Below are positions 28,362 to 37,819 of a stretch of 64,000 nt of DNA, piece by piece. The notes below the pieces were generated by a model. The model was not told the DNA's origin. It did not search any database and saw nothing but the letters and a program-made list of their open reading frames with translations. Each line of letters opens with the position of its first letter. Positions within the stretch are counted from its first letter, which is position 1. Source of the DNA: a virus; IMG/VR virus record IMGVR_UViG_3300027763_002499, positions 1-64,000 of that record. One strand, given 5' to 3'. A program made the translations under genes and the position numbers.

Positions 28362-28700
28362 TTAAAATGGCATAGAAGGTGAAAAGCTACTGCCACACCC
28401 ACATGTTGTTTGAGCATTTGGATTATCAATTACAAAGCGACTGCCTGTAATATCATCTTTAAAATCAATGACTGCTGAGGATAGATATTGCATACTCATT
28501 GAATCAACTAGAATCTTAACACCATCTTGTTCTAATTCAAAATCATCTTCGTTTTTTTCTTCGTCAAATGTAAAGCCGTACTCCATACCGCTACATCCAC
28601 CACCTTGTACAAAGATACGTAATGGTAAGCTTGCATTGCCCTCATCAATGGCAATTTCTCTAACTCTGTTGATTGCTGAATCTGTAATTTTAATTTGCAT
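28362..28700 (-). CDS. erpA: iron-sulfur cluster insertion protein ErpA (HesB/IscA family)
   Basis: [17 protein letters not shown]; [14 protein letters not shown]. Confidence 0.92.
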   Translation of the reverse strand: MQIKITDSAINRVREIAIDEGNASLPLRIFVQGGGCSGMEYGFTFDEEKNEDDFELEQDGVKILVDSMSMQYLSSAVIDFKDDITGSRFVIDNPNAQTTCGCGSSFSPSMPF

Positions 28701-28701
28701 A

Positions 28702-28908
28702 TTATGACCTTAGAATAATTTCAATTATCTCTTCTTTTTTCTTACGACTGTTAAACACAATAGAGTGCTGATGTCCGTAAGCAATTACTTCTTTTTTAGT
28801 TAGCTGACTGAGGTACTCAGCATTGTGCATTGGCCTTACGACTAAAGTATCACTGGTGATAGCTTTATCGTTGTCAATTTGCTTGCCTAAAAAAGATTTA
28901 ATTGACAT
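28702..28908 (-). CDS. hypothetical protein, possible Rho-N-like helical motif
   Basis: [13 protein letters not shown]...RKKKEEII. Confidence 0.45.
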   Translation of the reverse strand: MSIKSFLGKQIDNDKAITSDTLVVRPMHNAEYLSQLTKKEVIAYGHQHSIVFNSRKKKEEIIEIILRS

Positions 28909-29188
28909 TTATATGTTCCCCATATATTAATTTAGCAAAAATAGCATCATGCTCTTGCTCGAACAACATATAAGGCTTAGATTCTTGGTTAGGTCCTGCT
29001 TCAAACGCCCAGCCGCTCCAACCATGTGACTTTTCAACACAATCATCAATCATGAGCCCGGGAATTCCATCACCCTCTAGCTGTATAGCCCATACCTGGC
29101 TTGGTTTATCAGAGTCAAGTACAGAAAACACTTGATAGAAGCTGGATAATGGCACGTTCTTGATCACGCAAACAAGTCCTCGTTCCAC
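28898..29188 (-). CDS. hypothetical protein
   Basis: 96 aa ORF. Confidence 0.55.
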   Translation of the reverse strand: MERGLVCVIKNVPLSSFYQVFSVLDSDKPSQVWAIQLEGDGIPGLMIDDCVEKSHGWSGWAFEAGPNQESKPYMLFEQEHDAIFAKLIYGEHINVN

Positions 29189-29667
29189 TCGCGATGGCCT
29201 TCGCGGAAAGCCATATTACTTTGTGTTTCTCTAACTTCAACCCGATAGCACCACAAGCGAGCCGCTTCACCTGGTCCCCACATCTCAGGAATATAAACTC
29301 CGTTAACATATTTGTACAACATGTCACTGAGACCTTCACAGCCTAATTTAGGAAGCACAACTACTTTTGCCATCTTCTTTTCTACTAACAAATTGTATGT
29401 TTCCATTTCCGGATCATCTTGCGCTACAATAAGTGTATGATCAAACTGGTCTTCTAACGTCTTTTTAAGTTCTTTAAGTCCTCCATAGTCTGCCGCCCAG
29501 TTACGAACGTCCAGATCATTGGTTCCGAAATAGAACTTCATGCTAAATGAATAGCCGTGGATTAGATTGCAATGGCTATCTGCTCTCCACTGTCGGTAAG
29601 CGCATGGAAATGCGTCATGGTACTCTTTTGTACTTGTGTATTTGTATACAACTGGTTGTAATGCCAT
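29164..29667 (-). CDS. queD: 6-carboxytetrahydropterin synthase / PTPS family
   Basis: SHCNLIHGY, DYGGLK, FDHT, GCE, VEVRETQSN. Confidence 0.85.
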   Translation of the reverse strand: MALQPVVYKYTSTKEYHDAFPCAYRQWRADSHCNLIHGYSFSMKFYFGTNDLDVRNWAADYGGLKELKKTLEDQFDHTLIVAQDDPEMETYNLLVEKKMAKVVVLPKLGCEGLSDMLYKYVNGVYIPEMWGPGEAARLWCYRVEVRETQSNMAFREGHREWNEDLFA

Positions 29668-29696
29668 CTTATTCTCCTATGTTAAATTATAGCATA

Positions 29697-29741
29697 GGCT
29701 TGCAGAATTTGTATAGCGGGATGAATGCCAGAAAGGCCGCT
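29697..29741 (-). ncRNA. preQ1-I-like riboswitch candidate
   Basis: AGCGG-loop-CCGCU stem followed by AUACAAAU and GCC able to pair with loop GGC; directly 5' of queD. Confidence 0.5.
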
Positions 29742-29751
29742 GTCATATTTA

Positions 29752-30336
29752 TTAACGATTTCTTAGTTCGTTAATACCTAATGCTTTAAATGCTCGCTGA
29801 ACGCCAACCAACTGACTCCAACAATCCCAAAGTGCGTGGTGAGCGGCTCCCTGTGGTCGTTCAAGTCCTGGTACAAGTGCATATAAAGTTCGTGCATCAC
29901 GGGCTTGCCAGTAGTTCCAAGCAACTCCACGTTTTAATTCTCTACTAAAGTGTTCAAGTATGTTCAAGTCAAATCCAGTGCCATTGGCCCATATTGCATC
30001 AATGCCTCCACACCACTTGTGAAAGTCTCGCAAAACATCTTGTATACTGTGCCTATCATCTTCAGCAAATGCTTCTGCTCTAACTTCTTCGTTTTGGTTA
30101 CCCCACCATGCTAATGTGGCATCATCAATAACATGATCTAATCCTTCAAAACTTTCAAAGCTAACACGACGATAAAATGTATCCATAGTCTCCATTGGAT
30201 TATCTGTGTCATCTGCAAAAGGGTTAAAACGAATTGCGCCAATAGTAAGCATTAAACTATTTGGCTTTGTACCAAGTGTCTCCAAGTCAACCATAACGTG
30301 ATTGCCCGGCGCTCGGATGTTCATTTCATTTGCCAT
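29752..30336 (-). CDS. DEDDh 3'-5' exonuclease
   Basis: VMVDLETLG, WANGTGFD, RDART, HHALWD. Confidence 0.85.
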   Translation of the reverse strand: MANEMNIRAPGNHVMVDLETLGTKPNSLMLTIGAIRFNPFADDTDNPMETMDTFYRRVSFESFEGLDHVIDDATLAWWGNQNEEVRAEAFAEDDRHSIQDVLRDFHKWCGGIDAIWANGTGFDLNILEHFSRELKRGVAWNYWQARDARTLYALVPGLERPQGAAHHALWDCWSQLVGVQRAFKALGINELRNR

Positions 30337-30505
30337 TGGTAACTTCCAGTTTCTTTAATGACCAAGTGCCATTTTTGTTGTCAATCCACTCTAAGGTATC
30401 ACCTTCTGCCCATCCTGTTTCTTTAAGAAAATCTTCTGGAAATGGCAATATAAGCTCTTCCGGATTATCCGGATTCTCTTCAACAGTGATGGTCCACGAT
30501 TTCAT
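30326..30505 (-). CDS. AbrB/MazE-like small DNA-binding protein (59 aa, not in ORF track)
   Basis: ELILPFPEDFLKETGWAEGDTLEW. Confidence 0.6.
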   Translation of the reverse strand: MKSWTITVEENPDNPEELILPFPEDFLKETGWAEGDTLEWIDNKNGTWSLKKLEVTNGK

Positions 30506-30723
30506 TTTATGTTGTTTCCGTTAAAGTCTTTTGTTGCAAGCATGTCGGGAATTTGAGTAGACATAGCTTCTAGTTCAAATCGATTAGGATAGTGTCGCAT
30601 TATCCAACGAGCTCGTTCTCGAATTTGTCCTGGCACCCGAGGAGTAACCTGCGGAATAAGTAAATCTTCAATAAGACGCATGCCTTCAAGCATAGCGCGA
30701 TAGCGTTCATCTGGCATTGTCAT
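30502..30723 (-). CDS. hypothetical phage protein
   Basis: MTMPDERYRA...TPRVP...RHYP. Confidence 0.65.
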   Translation of the reverse strand: MTMPDERYRAMLEGMRLIEDLLIPQVTPRVPGQIRERARWIMRHYPNRFELEAMSTQIPDMLATKDFNGNNIK

Positions 30724-30893
30724 TGTTCAATCCTCGTTTCAGGCACATCTGGCCTACTTATACAAAATTCACATTTTGGGTCATTACATGTTGACTCCAA
30801 CCACTTATTGCAAGATTTACAGTAATAGGCATCATACTTTTCTGAATATGATTTCTTTTCATTGCACCTACAGTAATTTGTATTCAAGTCCAC
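30720..30893 (-). CDS. Cys-rich zinc-finger-like small protein (57 aa, not in ORF track)
   Basis: GTG start; YCRC...YDAYYCKSCNKWLESTCNDPKCEFC. Confidence 0.55.
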   Translation of the reverse strand: MDLNTNYCRCNEKKSYSEKYDAYYCKSCNKWLESTCNDPKCEFCISRPDVPETRIEQ

Positions 30894-31723
30894 AGCGAAT
30901 CTCTTGCCTTAATAAGTCGAATCATCATAGCTTCATCTTCTTTTTCATAAGCGGCTTCAATTTTTTGTAGCAACTTATGAGCCTTGTCACTCATCTTTTT
31001 AAGTTCAGGTGTTTTGTCACTGCTAAAACTCAACTTGCCACCATTGGCAATGCGACTTGCTTCGCAATACTCAGTCCAACCACTAGCATCATACGGATCT
31101 GGACGATTACGATATGTAACAGTCCACCATGTGTATAGCTCTTTAATCTCTTGAGCACGAACTGCCTGTAGCGTGGGCTTACCATATTCGGGATGATCAG
31201 GCTCCAGCCAATCGCTGTTGGTTAAAGTCATTGCCCAATCGAGATGATCTAAACCTGCTTGAGGGCAACGCCATGTTCTCCAACGGAACCAGCCACTGGC
31301 CCAAAATGGAGGATTATACTTGGCACGAGCTTGTTCGTCGCCCCAAGCAATATGACTCCATGCAGTTTCTATCTCAACAAAGTCCACAAGCTCATTGAAT
31401 AAGCAAGGTAAAAAGCGGTTCCCTACGTCTTGCCACTGGCCAGGTTTAATATCTCGGGGATGAGCGGTAAGACCATGAGTGCGACTAACCCAACGGTTGT
31501 TAATGTAGTACTTGATATCATAAATTTTCCTTACAGGCCATGTTACAAAATCCTGGATATGTCCAAGTCCCTCTTCTGCCAACCAGTAGCGGAAGTTGTG
31601 CTTCATCTGTGCCCGAGTAGTCCAGTCATCCCATTCTTCAGCTGTGCCTGCACTTAATTTCTTAGTGCCGCGAAGCCAATCTGCAAAAGGACTGCATGAC
31701 CAGTAATGTGTGTGATGTGCCAT
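30884..31723 (-). CDS. Trp-rich hypothetical phage protein
   Basis: 279 aa ORF. Confidence 0.7.
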   Translation of the reverse strand: MAHHTHYWSCSPFADWLRGTKKLSAGTAEEWDDWTTRAQMKHNFRYWLAEEGLGHIQDFVTWPVRKIYDIKYYINNRWVSRTHGLTAHPRDIKPGQWQDVGNRFLPCLFNELVDFVEIETAWSHIAWGDEQARAKYNPPFWASGWFRWRTWRCPQAGLDHLDWAMTLTNSDWLEPDHPEYGKPTLQAVRAQEIKELYTWWTVTYRNRPDPYDASGWTEYCEASRIANGGKLSFSSDKTPELKKMSDKAHKLLQKIEAAYEKEDEAMMIRLIKARDSLWT

Positions 31724-32188
31724 TTATTCTTCTACCTTGTTAATTGTAATTCCTGCTTGCTTTAAAAATACAATGCCGGCTTCACTTCTATAATTATCCC
31801 GATAAAACACCTGTTTAATACCACTTTGGTATATCAATTTAGCACATTCAATACAAGGTGCATGGGTAACAAAGATTACTGCATTTTCAGATGACTCTGG
31901 ACTACGTGCTACCTTTGCAATGGCATTTGCTTCTGCATGAAGAACTTCAGGTTTGGTTACCAGTTCTCCTGTCTTGACTAGTATAGAACCAACACCATAC
32001 TCGGGCTGGATTTCAGTTACTTCATCTTCACAGTTGTTGTCCCAACCACTGGGCATTCCATTATAACCAATGCTAATGATCCTGTCATCTTTAACTACAA
32101 TAGCACCCACTTGCAGTCGTCTAGCTGTGCTGAGACGGGCATAAGTACCTGCCACTTCCATGTGTGCTTTGATGTATTTGGGTTTCAT
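31724..32188 (-). CDS. dCMP deaminase
   Basis: GYNG, VLHAEANAI, THAPCIECAK. Confidence 0.92.
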   Translation of the reverse strand: MKPKYIKAHMEVAGTYARLSTARRLQVGAIVVKDDRIISIGYNGMPSGWDNNCEDEVTEIQPEYGVGSILVKTGELVTKPEVLHAEANAIAKVARSPESSENAVIFVTHAPCIECAKLIYQSGIKQVFYRDNYRSEAGIVFLKQAGITINKVEE

Positions 32189-32242
32189 ACGATAAGTATA
32201 ACACTAGTTCTGACTAATGTCAACGGTAAAAGGGAATTTTGA

Positions 32243-32809
32243 ATGATTGTTTATATCCACGGCGCTAGTGCTACAGGTGAAAGTTTCAATTACATTCGCC
32301 AAAACATCAAAATTAAGGACCTTGTACTAGAATACTCGAGTTCAAGTGGTTTTGAAAACAATTTAATTAAAATGGAAAAGTCCATTGAATCATGTGACAA
32401 GATATTTTTTATTGCACATAGTTTAGGTGGAATATATGCGCTTCATTTGGCAAATCGTTTTGCAGGTGAAGTATTGGGTGGTGTTACTCTTAGTACACCA
32501 TATGGCGGCTGTATTCAAGCCGATTATGCAAAATACTTCCTGCCATTTAGCAGACTCATGCGTGACATTGGCACAATGAGTCGCCCAATGAGTGATGTAG
32601 CAAAAATTCCAGCCCCTAACAATTGGACCAACATTGTCACCACTGTAGGCAAGAGTCCTTGGATACTTGAACCAAACGATGGTGTTGTTACAATTGATAG
32701 TATGCGGGCCAGGCAAGACATAGAACTAATTGAAATGTCACTAAACCATTACGAAGTTGTGTTGAGCAATGATGTAATTAAAATAATCAAAGACCGAATA
32801 AAAAATTAA
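32243..32809 (+). CDS. alpha/beta hydrolase
   Basis: YIHGA, AHSLGG nucleophile elbow, STPYGG, NDGVV, NHY. Confidence 0.85.
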   Translation: MIVYIHGASATGESFNYIRQNIKIKDLVLEYSSSSGFENNLIKMEKSIESCDKIFFIAHSLGGIYALHLANRFAGEVLGGVTLSTPYGGCIQADYAKYFLPFSRLMRDIGTMSRPMSDVAKIPAPNNWTNIVTTVGKSPWILEPNDGVVTIDSMRARQDIELIEMSLNHYEVVLSNDVIKIIKDRIKN

Positions 32810-33144
32810 ACAATCACTGACTTTTCTTTGGCATACTTGAACAGATTTGTGCCCTTCTCTCTGACCGAATCTGCTACCACTTGTGGAGAGTCTGTCCACA
32901 TCTCACGCATGTCTTCGTACGTGAAATCATCTTCTGTATCATATGCCCATACTTCAGGAAAGCGTTGGTGATTAGCCTTGGCTCGCATGATCATCATGTT
33001 AACACGTTGACCTGCATGATCTTTTGGTTTCTTACCTGACAATATTGCTAACATGTCTTCCCCTTTAAGATCATCCCAAGGAATAAGGGTGTCAACTCCC
33101 AGTGTATCAAATAACACAATCCATTGTTTAGCCACGGATTTCAC
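32806..33144 (-). CDS. hypothetical protein
   Basis: 112 aa ORF. Confidence 0.6.
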   Translation of the reverse strand: MKSVAKQWIVLFDTLGVDTLIPWDDLKGEDMLAILSGKKPKDHAGQRVNMMIMRAKANHQRFPEVWAYDTEDDFTYEDMREMWTDSPQVVADSVREKGTNLFKYAKEKSVIV

Positions 33145-33322
33145 CTTTTAAAATTCTAAGAGCCCTTTCTAGATTCTCTACTGTTGGTTCAACCATTCTC
33201 ATGAGTGTATTTTCTGTAGACTCATCAAACACAGACAATGAAACTTTGTCATTTGACTTGTCTTGGATCAACAATAAAGCTTTGCGATCTAATTCGGTTA
33301 TCTTAAAAACAGTGTAAATCAT
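33128..33322 (-). CDS. hypothetical protein
   Basis: 64 aa ORF, ATGA overlap. Confidence 0.55.
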   Translation of the reverse strand: MIYTVFKITELDRKALLLIQDKSNDKVSLSVFDESTENTLMRMVEPTVENLERALRILKGEIRG

Positions 33323-33663
33323 TTTAATAATACCTCATCATCTTTTACAAGAATACCCTTTGCTCCAGGAAACCTTTTACCAAAGTTTTCATTTAATTCA
33401 TCAAATGTGTTACCTTGACAAACAAATTCATTGTTTGTTGCGTTATATGCAAATTGAATGCCATTGTGTTCTTCAATCTTGAGAAAAATAAACTTATTCC
33501 TTAAGTCTTCAATCTGTGCTTCAACTTCGTCTTGCATCTTTTTAAAATGCCAATTTGTCCAGAATATAAATATCCTCAGCAATAGAATGGAACCTAAAAA
33601 AATCAGTAGAATGTTGTCAGTATTATTAAGCATCTGGTGATGCCTTAATGTCCTTAATGTCAT
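33319..33663 (-). CDS. membrane-anchored hypothetical protein (start uncertain)
   Basis: N-terminal TM helix; FVCQGNT. Confidence 0.6.
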   Translation of the reverse strand: MTLRTLRHHQMLNNTDNILLIFLGSILLLRIFIFWTNWHFKKMQDEVEAQIEDLRNKFIFLKIEEHNGIQFAYNATNNEFVCQGNTFDELNENFGKRFPGAKGILVKDDEVLLK

Positions 33664-33937
33664 TAATGTCCTTAATGTTAATAACGTTATCTACTCGAAA
33701 ACTCCTCCACTGTTGTTTGTCAGTACAAAAAACGCTCATGACTTCCAGCTTGGGTTCTTTCTTTTTCTTACCCTCAACAATTGCCACCTGAGGTAATAAC
33801 GCAGGTTGCAAAGTACAAGGCATGGTACGCAATTCGCCATCAACCTTGGTAAAGGTAACCTCTACAATTCCTGCATTGAGTTGTTCACTAAGAACTTGCC
33901 TACGCTGTTCTATAGTTTCTTTATCAAACCAAATCAT
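33626..33937 (-). CDS. WYL_2/Sm-like domain protein
   Basis: VEVTFTKVDGELRTMPCTL...WRSFRVDNV. Confidence 0.75.
   Translation of the reverse strand: MIWFDKETIEQRRQVLSEQLNAGIVEVTFTKVDGELRTMPCTLQPALLPQVAIVEGKKKKEPKLEVMSVFCTDKQQWRSFRVDNVINIKDINDIKDIKASPDA
33643..33678. repeat. 4 x 9-bp tandem repeat (CCTTAATGT)
   Basis: copies at 33643, 33652, 33661 (one mismatch) and 33670, in a gene overlap. Confidence 0.8.
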
Positions 33938-33950
33938 TTAGTCCTCACTA

Positions 33951-34562
33951 TTAATTAAAAACATCATTAACAAATTGTCTATTGGAGTCGATTGATTCAT
34001 AGTCTTTCATTGCAGAATCTGTTACTCTAAATGCCCAGCTAGTTCCTGTTTTAGTTTTTTCAAAATAACCCGGACAATTTGCAAATCCTTTAACAGTGAC
34101 CCAAGGAAGTGAATTAGCATACTTTGGGTTGGATATTAAAATTGTTCTAGCCTCTTCATATGATTTTTTAATCTGAGATTGAATACAATCATCTGTGAAC
34201 TGGCAAACTTTTGCTTTAACTATAAAGCCAGGTTCACCGTTTTTAAAGTATACTCTATATTGCTGTTGAAATTTTTTGCAGACATTAGATTGCTCATATG
34301 GTGTATTACAAATTTCTTCATATGTCATAGAACCTACTGTGTGTGGAGCATCTGAATCTATGTTTCTTGTTTTAACTTCAACATCAACACCACTGATGTT
34401 AATATCGCATCCAGCACCCTTATTAACAGGATAACCATTTGAATTTAACACTTCCTCTACATAGCATCCAATGTTGCCGTGACTGCCGTTTCCATCTGCT
34501 TGCTTTGGTACTGGCATTCCAATTAGCATTTCATCAATTTTTAATTTTTTAACAACAATCAT
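33951..34562 (-). CDS. PD-(D/E)xK restriction-endonuclease-like protein
   Basis: GCYVEE...GAGCDINISGVDVEVKTR. Confidence 0.55.
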   Translation of the reverse strand: MIVVKKLKIDEMLIGMPVPKQADGNGSHGNIGCYVEEVLNSNGYPVNKGAGCDINISGVDVEVKTRNIDSDAPHTVGSMTYEEICNTPYEQSNVCKKFQQQYRVYFKNGEPGFIVKAKVCQFTDDCIQSQIKKSYEEARTILISNPKYANSLPWVTVKGFANCPGYFEKTKTGTSWAFRVTDSAMKDYESIDSNRQFVNDVFN

Positions 34563-34882
34563 TTCTGTTCCTTTACAATGTTATATAGTACGTCAAATTC
34601 CTTCTTGGCTTCTGCAAGGTTTGGATATTGCTTACAAAGCTCTTTGATAGCTTCTTCCTCTGCCCTCATCTTTTCAAACCAAACAATCATCTCTCTTAGC
34701 TTAGGTCCAACATTGATGTTAGCACTACCCTGTGGAATTGTTTGTGCGCTTCCATTAGCATCAACAACTTTATATTGTCTGCTGTTTGCGTCCCAATAAA
34801 GAGCACCACTAGCATATGGACCATTGTTAAAGGTTGATACTTCTAAGATGCCTGGATCAATACTATTGATATAATCTATCAT
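34559..34882 (-). CDS. hypothetical phage protein
   Basis: 107 aa; promoter TTGAAA-17-TATAAT 5 nt before ATG. Confidence 0.65.
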   Translation of the reverse strand: MIDYINSIDPGILEVSTFNNGPYASGALYWDANSRQYKVVDANGSAQTIPQGSANINVGPKLREMIVWFEKMRAEEEAIKELCKQYPNLAEAKKEFDVLYNIVKEQK

Positions 34883-34904
34883 AATCTATTATACACTACT
34901 TTGT

Positions 34905-35465
34905 TTAGATTTTCAAGTGTTTGAAATACTCAAAATGCTTTTCAAGTGTCCATGTTTCAGGATTAACCAGTGTACCATCATGAGTTTGGTAACTTGCCGA
35001 AAACACATTTGAGTAACGCTTGAATGGCAACCACATGTCTGGGGTATGGCTAGCCCAACCTGCATCCTTTAGAGCCATGTGTTTGGCACGACTCAACTTC
35101 ACAGTTGGTACATTAAGAGCTTGTTCAACTGTAATAATACTTGCTAACAACAAGTCACGAATACGGGCCGCCGGAATTAAATGCTCAAAGTCAGTTTCAT
35201 TGTCTGCACCAATCTCAACATAGTGAGCATCCATACCATCGCGTTCTTCGATACAGTACTTGTGGTACCTACGCAAATAGTAATCAATGTCGTTGCGAAT
35301 TTCACGCAACAATTGTTGATTATTCTTAACCATGAGGTATTCGTTAACTAAACGCTCAATATGTTTGGTGCAATGTTCTGCTACTGTTTTATAGGTAGCA
35401 GGACTACGTTTTGTCTTGCCGTAAACTGGAGCCGTAAAGTTTTCAAGAGATTCTTTTAAGTTCAT
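34905..35465 (-). CDS. hypothetical protein with HNH-like EHxxP motif
   Basis: TDFEHLIP; ATGA-coupled to the ParB-like gene. Confidence 0.55.
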   Translation of the reverse strand: MNLKESLENFTAPVYGKTKRSPATYKTVAEHCTKHIERLVNEYLMVKNNQQLLREIRNDIDYYLRRYHKYCIEERDGMDAHYVEIGADNETDFEHLIPAARIRDLLLASIITVEQALNVPTVKLSRAKHMALKDAGWASHTPDMWLPFKRYSNVFSASYQTHDGTLVNPETWTLEKHFEYFKHLKI

Positions 35466-36505
35466 AACCCCTCCGGAATCAATCCGTCAACAATATTACC
35501 TTCCTCGATACCAATCTTAGAACCTTCGCCATGGTATGGCAAATCAAGTTTACCACCATTACGAATATGCATTTCCCTTAGGAAGTTGCTCATTGCTTCC
35601 GGGGCACTCCAACTGGCACCAGGCCGAACGTGTGTCCATTGTAGTTTAGCACGACTGTGAACAAGCGCAGAGCTCTTAAAGGTTTTCTTAACACTGTCAA
35701 GTAAAGTTTTCATCCAACCAATAGGTAAAGATGCGGCCTCGGCTTTAGAAAGCTTGTACAATTCCAACAGGCCAATGTAAACACCTTGATCAATTTCTTC
35801 TTGCAAGGGAAACGCATCTTTGATAGTTGTAAGAATCTCTAACAACACTTTACCTTTCTCGTCAACTTCAATGCCCTTTTGTGCATACTTAAAGTGACTA
35901 AAGAAGTAGTCGTTCTCACCCCGTAGATTGTCACTTGCACGACTGCTCTTGTCTTGTAAGTCGATGCCTGCTACATCAAATTGATCTTGCATAGTTTTAG
36001 CGGCAACAACCTTTTTATCACGACTACCATTTTTATAACGTACTAGAGCATTACGGTGAAGGTCGCCTGGGGTTAGACGCTTAACTCCAGTGTCATTTAA
36101 TAATTCAAACGCATAACTTGCAAAGTTTGGATCTGTAGTGTCAACAATGGCACACGGCACTTGGGTGTAACCTAGTAATGCGGCCGACAAAGTGCGGTGT
36201 TGTGCATCATACAAATAAATCTTGCCATTGATGCGACATGCAGAACCTGGGCTACATACCCTTGGGTCCCACTTTTTCATAATGTTCATAACGTGTTTAT
36301 GAATAACATCACGCTGAACTTCATAGTCAATCCACAGGTCTTCAATCTCAACCATGGTGCTATGTGGGAATAAATGGACCAAAGCTTTGGCACGATTACG
36401 CCATGCTTCTAAGTCCTTGTCGGTAACTTCGTAATGTGCTTTGAGTTGACGTTCAACTTCAGCAACCACATCGGTAAATTTGCGTGTAAGACGCTTAACT
36501 GCCAT
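35462..36505 (-). CDS. ParB/Srx-like domain protein
   Basis: LWIDYEVQR...YLYDAQHRT resembles the YQR...DGQHR motifs of ParB/DndB/DUF262-type domains. Confidence 0.6.
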   Translation of the reverse strand: MAVKRLTRKFTDVVAEVERQLKAHYEVTDKDLEAWRNRAKALVHLFPHSTMVEIEDLWIDYEVQRDVIHKHVMNIMKKWDPRVCSPGSACRINGKIYLYDAQHRTLSAALLGYTQVPCAIVDTTDPNFASYAFELLNDTGVKRLTPGDLHRNALVRYKNGSRDKKVVAAKTMQDQFDVAGIDLQDKSSRASDNLRGENDYFFSHFKYAQKGIEVDEKGKVLLEILTTIKDAFPLQEEIDQGVYIGLLELYKLSKAEAASLPIGWMKTLLDSVKKTFKSSALVHSRAKLQWTHVRPGASWSAPEAMSNFLREMHIRNGGKLDLPYHGEGSKIGIEEGNIVDGLIPEGL

Positions 36506-36591
36506 TTGCTTTCTCCTTCATTACCCGACACAATGCGGGATTAGTAAAGTATATATTGTATTAAAAAATACTTAGTTTGTCAATTATTATT

Positions 36592-37032
36592 TTACCAACT
36601 TGCTTGATAATAAAATTCCCAACTATTCCAGTCTCGGGTGAACAGGTCTTGTAGCTTAGATTGGGTCTCTCTTAGATCTTGCCAGTACCAGTCATCAACA
36701 TCAGTACCACCAAAAAAGAAACCTGCATGTGGTGGTAATAGATCACGTGCCAGACTTGGATCATCTAGAACCAAATCAATCACATCAAGAAGCTTTTCAA
36801 GTTGTTCAAGGCTTACTTCAGTCTCCTGGCATTCGTCCCGACCATTTTGTACATTATCTACAAACCATTTGTGGATTGCATTGGCTTTGCGCCAGTACAT
36901 GGCTTCAATAATCACTTCCTTGATTCGCATGTGTTCAGGAAGCTCTGGCATGACCTGTTTGAGATTGTCAGCAAGAGTTTGATCGGTATGCCACAAGAAG
37001 CGTCGAGCATTCAAGTACATGTCCAGTCCCAT
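36592..37032 (-). CDS. conserved hypothetical phage protein
   Basis: MGLDMYL...YWRKANAIHKWFV...GFFFG...YQASW. Confidence 0.75.
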   Translation of the reverse strand: MGLDMYLNARRFLWHTDQTLADNLKQVMPELPEHMRIKEVIIEAMYWRKANAIHKWFVDNVQNGRDECQETEVSLEQLEKLLDVIDLVLDDPSLARDLLPPHAGFFFGGTDVDDWYWQDLRETQSKLQDLFTRDWNSWEFYYQASW

Positions 37033-37033
37033 C

Positions 37034-37126
37034 TTAATCTCCAAATGCTAGAATACAGAATACCAAAAACAATGCCCACCAGGGATGGCCAATAGCCGCT
37101 AGAATAATTACACCAACCCAGGCCAT
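37034..37126 (-). CDS. small membrane peptide (30 aa)
   Basis: MAWVGVIILAAIGHPWWALFLVFCILAFGD*; abuts the upstream stop. Confidence 0.45.
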   Translation of the reverse strand: MAWVGVIILAAIGHPWWALFLVFCILAFGD

Positions 37127-37300
37127 TTATACAGCACCAAGGTAAGGACTGTAAATTTCCTCATCTACGGTAACTACCGGCATTACCCAAGATTGCATCA
37201 CTGCATCCAATGCCGCAAAATCATATTGTGGCAACTTAGGACGAACTTTGCTGTTTGCACGAGCGGTGTGTTCTGTGTTTTTTTCGCGATTAGTTTTCAT
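37127..37300 (-). CDS. small protein (57 aa)
   Basis: AAGGAA RBS; MKTNREKNTEH...EEIYSPYLGAV*. Confidence 0.55.
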   Translation of the reverse strand: MKTNREKNTEHTARANSKVRPKLPQYDFAALDAVMQSWVMPVVTVDEEIYSPYLGAV

Positions 37301-37309
37301 GATGTTTCC

Positions 37310-37504
37310 TTATAGTGACTTAATGTGTTTAATAACTTCTTTTGCTTCTCTATACTCAGAATCTTCTAGCATTTGATTTTCATTTATTTCTGCTATCATT
37401 TTCCTGGCTATCATTTCTAAATTTAATTTAGATAATGGTCCATTGAGATTGTATGCCTGTATCCAACGAATCTTATATCCTTTAAGAGGATCGTTGTTTT
37501 CCAT
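37310..37504 (-). CDS. hypothetical protein
   Basis: ORF from ATG 37504. Confidence 0.55.
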   Translation of the reverse strand: MENNDPLKGYKIRWIQAYNLNGPLSKLNLEMIARKMIAEINENQMLEDSEYREAKEVIKHIKSL

Positions 37505-37505
37505 G

Positions 37506-37682
37506 TTACACCTTTTCACCTTCCTGCTTTAGGAATTGCTCATTACGACGTTGAGCAACACCTGCAATACTAGCAATGGCTCGAAAAATTTCTGCCTCTT
37601 GCTTGGTTGTCAAAGATTCAGTTTTAAGTCGGTTAATACCAAACTCAATGCGAGCAATGAGTTCTCGATTTGATACAGTCAT
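37506..37682 (-). CDS. small protein (58 aa)
   Basis: ATGA overlap; MTVSNRELIARIEFGINRLK... Confidence 0.55.
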   Translation of the reverse strand: MTVSNRELIARIEFGINRLKTESLTTKQEAEIFRAIASIAGVAQRRNEQFLKQEGEKV

Positions 37683-37819
37683 GCATCAACCCCTTGACTT
37701 TCAATCCAACCCAATACCAATTCAATTGGACACTCAAGCTCACTTGCAATCTGCTTCGGGCTCATGCCATCAATATACAGTTGCTCAATGTCCCAGGCCA
37801 AATCTTTCATCGTGCTCAT
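37679..37819 (-). CDS. small helix-turn-helix protein
   Basis: LYIDGMSPKQIASELECPIELV. Confidence 0.55.
   Translation of the reverse strand: MSTMKDLAWDIEQLYIDGMSPKQIASELECPIELVLGWIESQGVDA

Noticed and set aside
33643-33678. 9-bp tandem repeat as a phase-variation switch
   Set aside because: The unit length is a multiple of 3, so copy changes keep the frame; probably simple slippage in a gene overlap.
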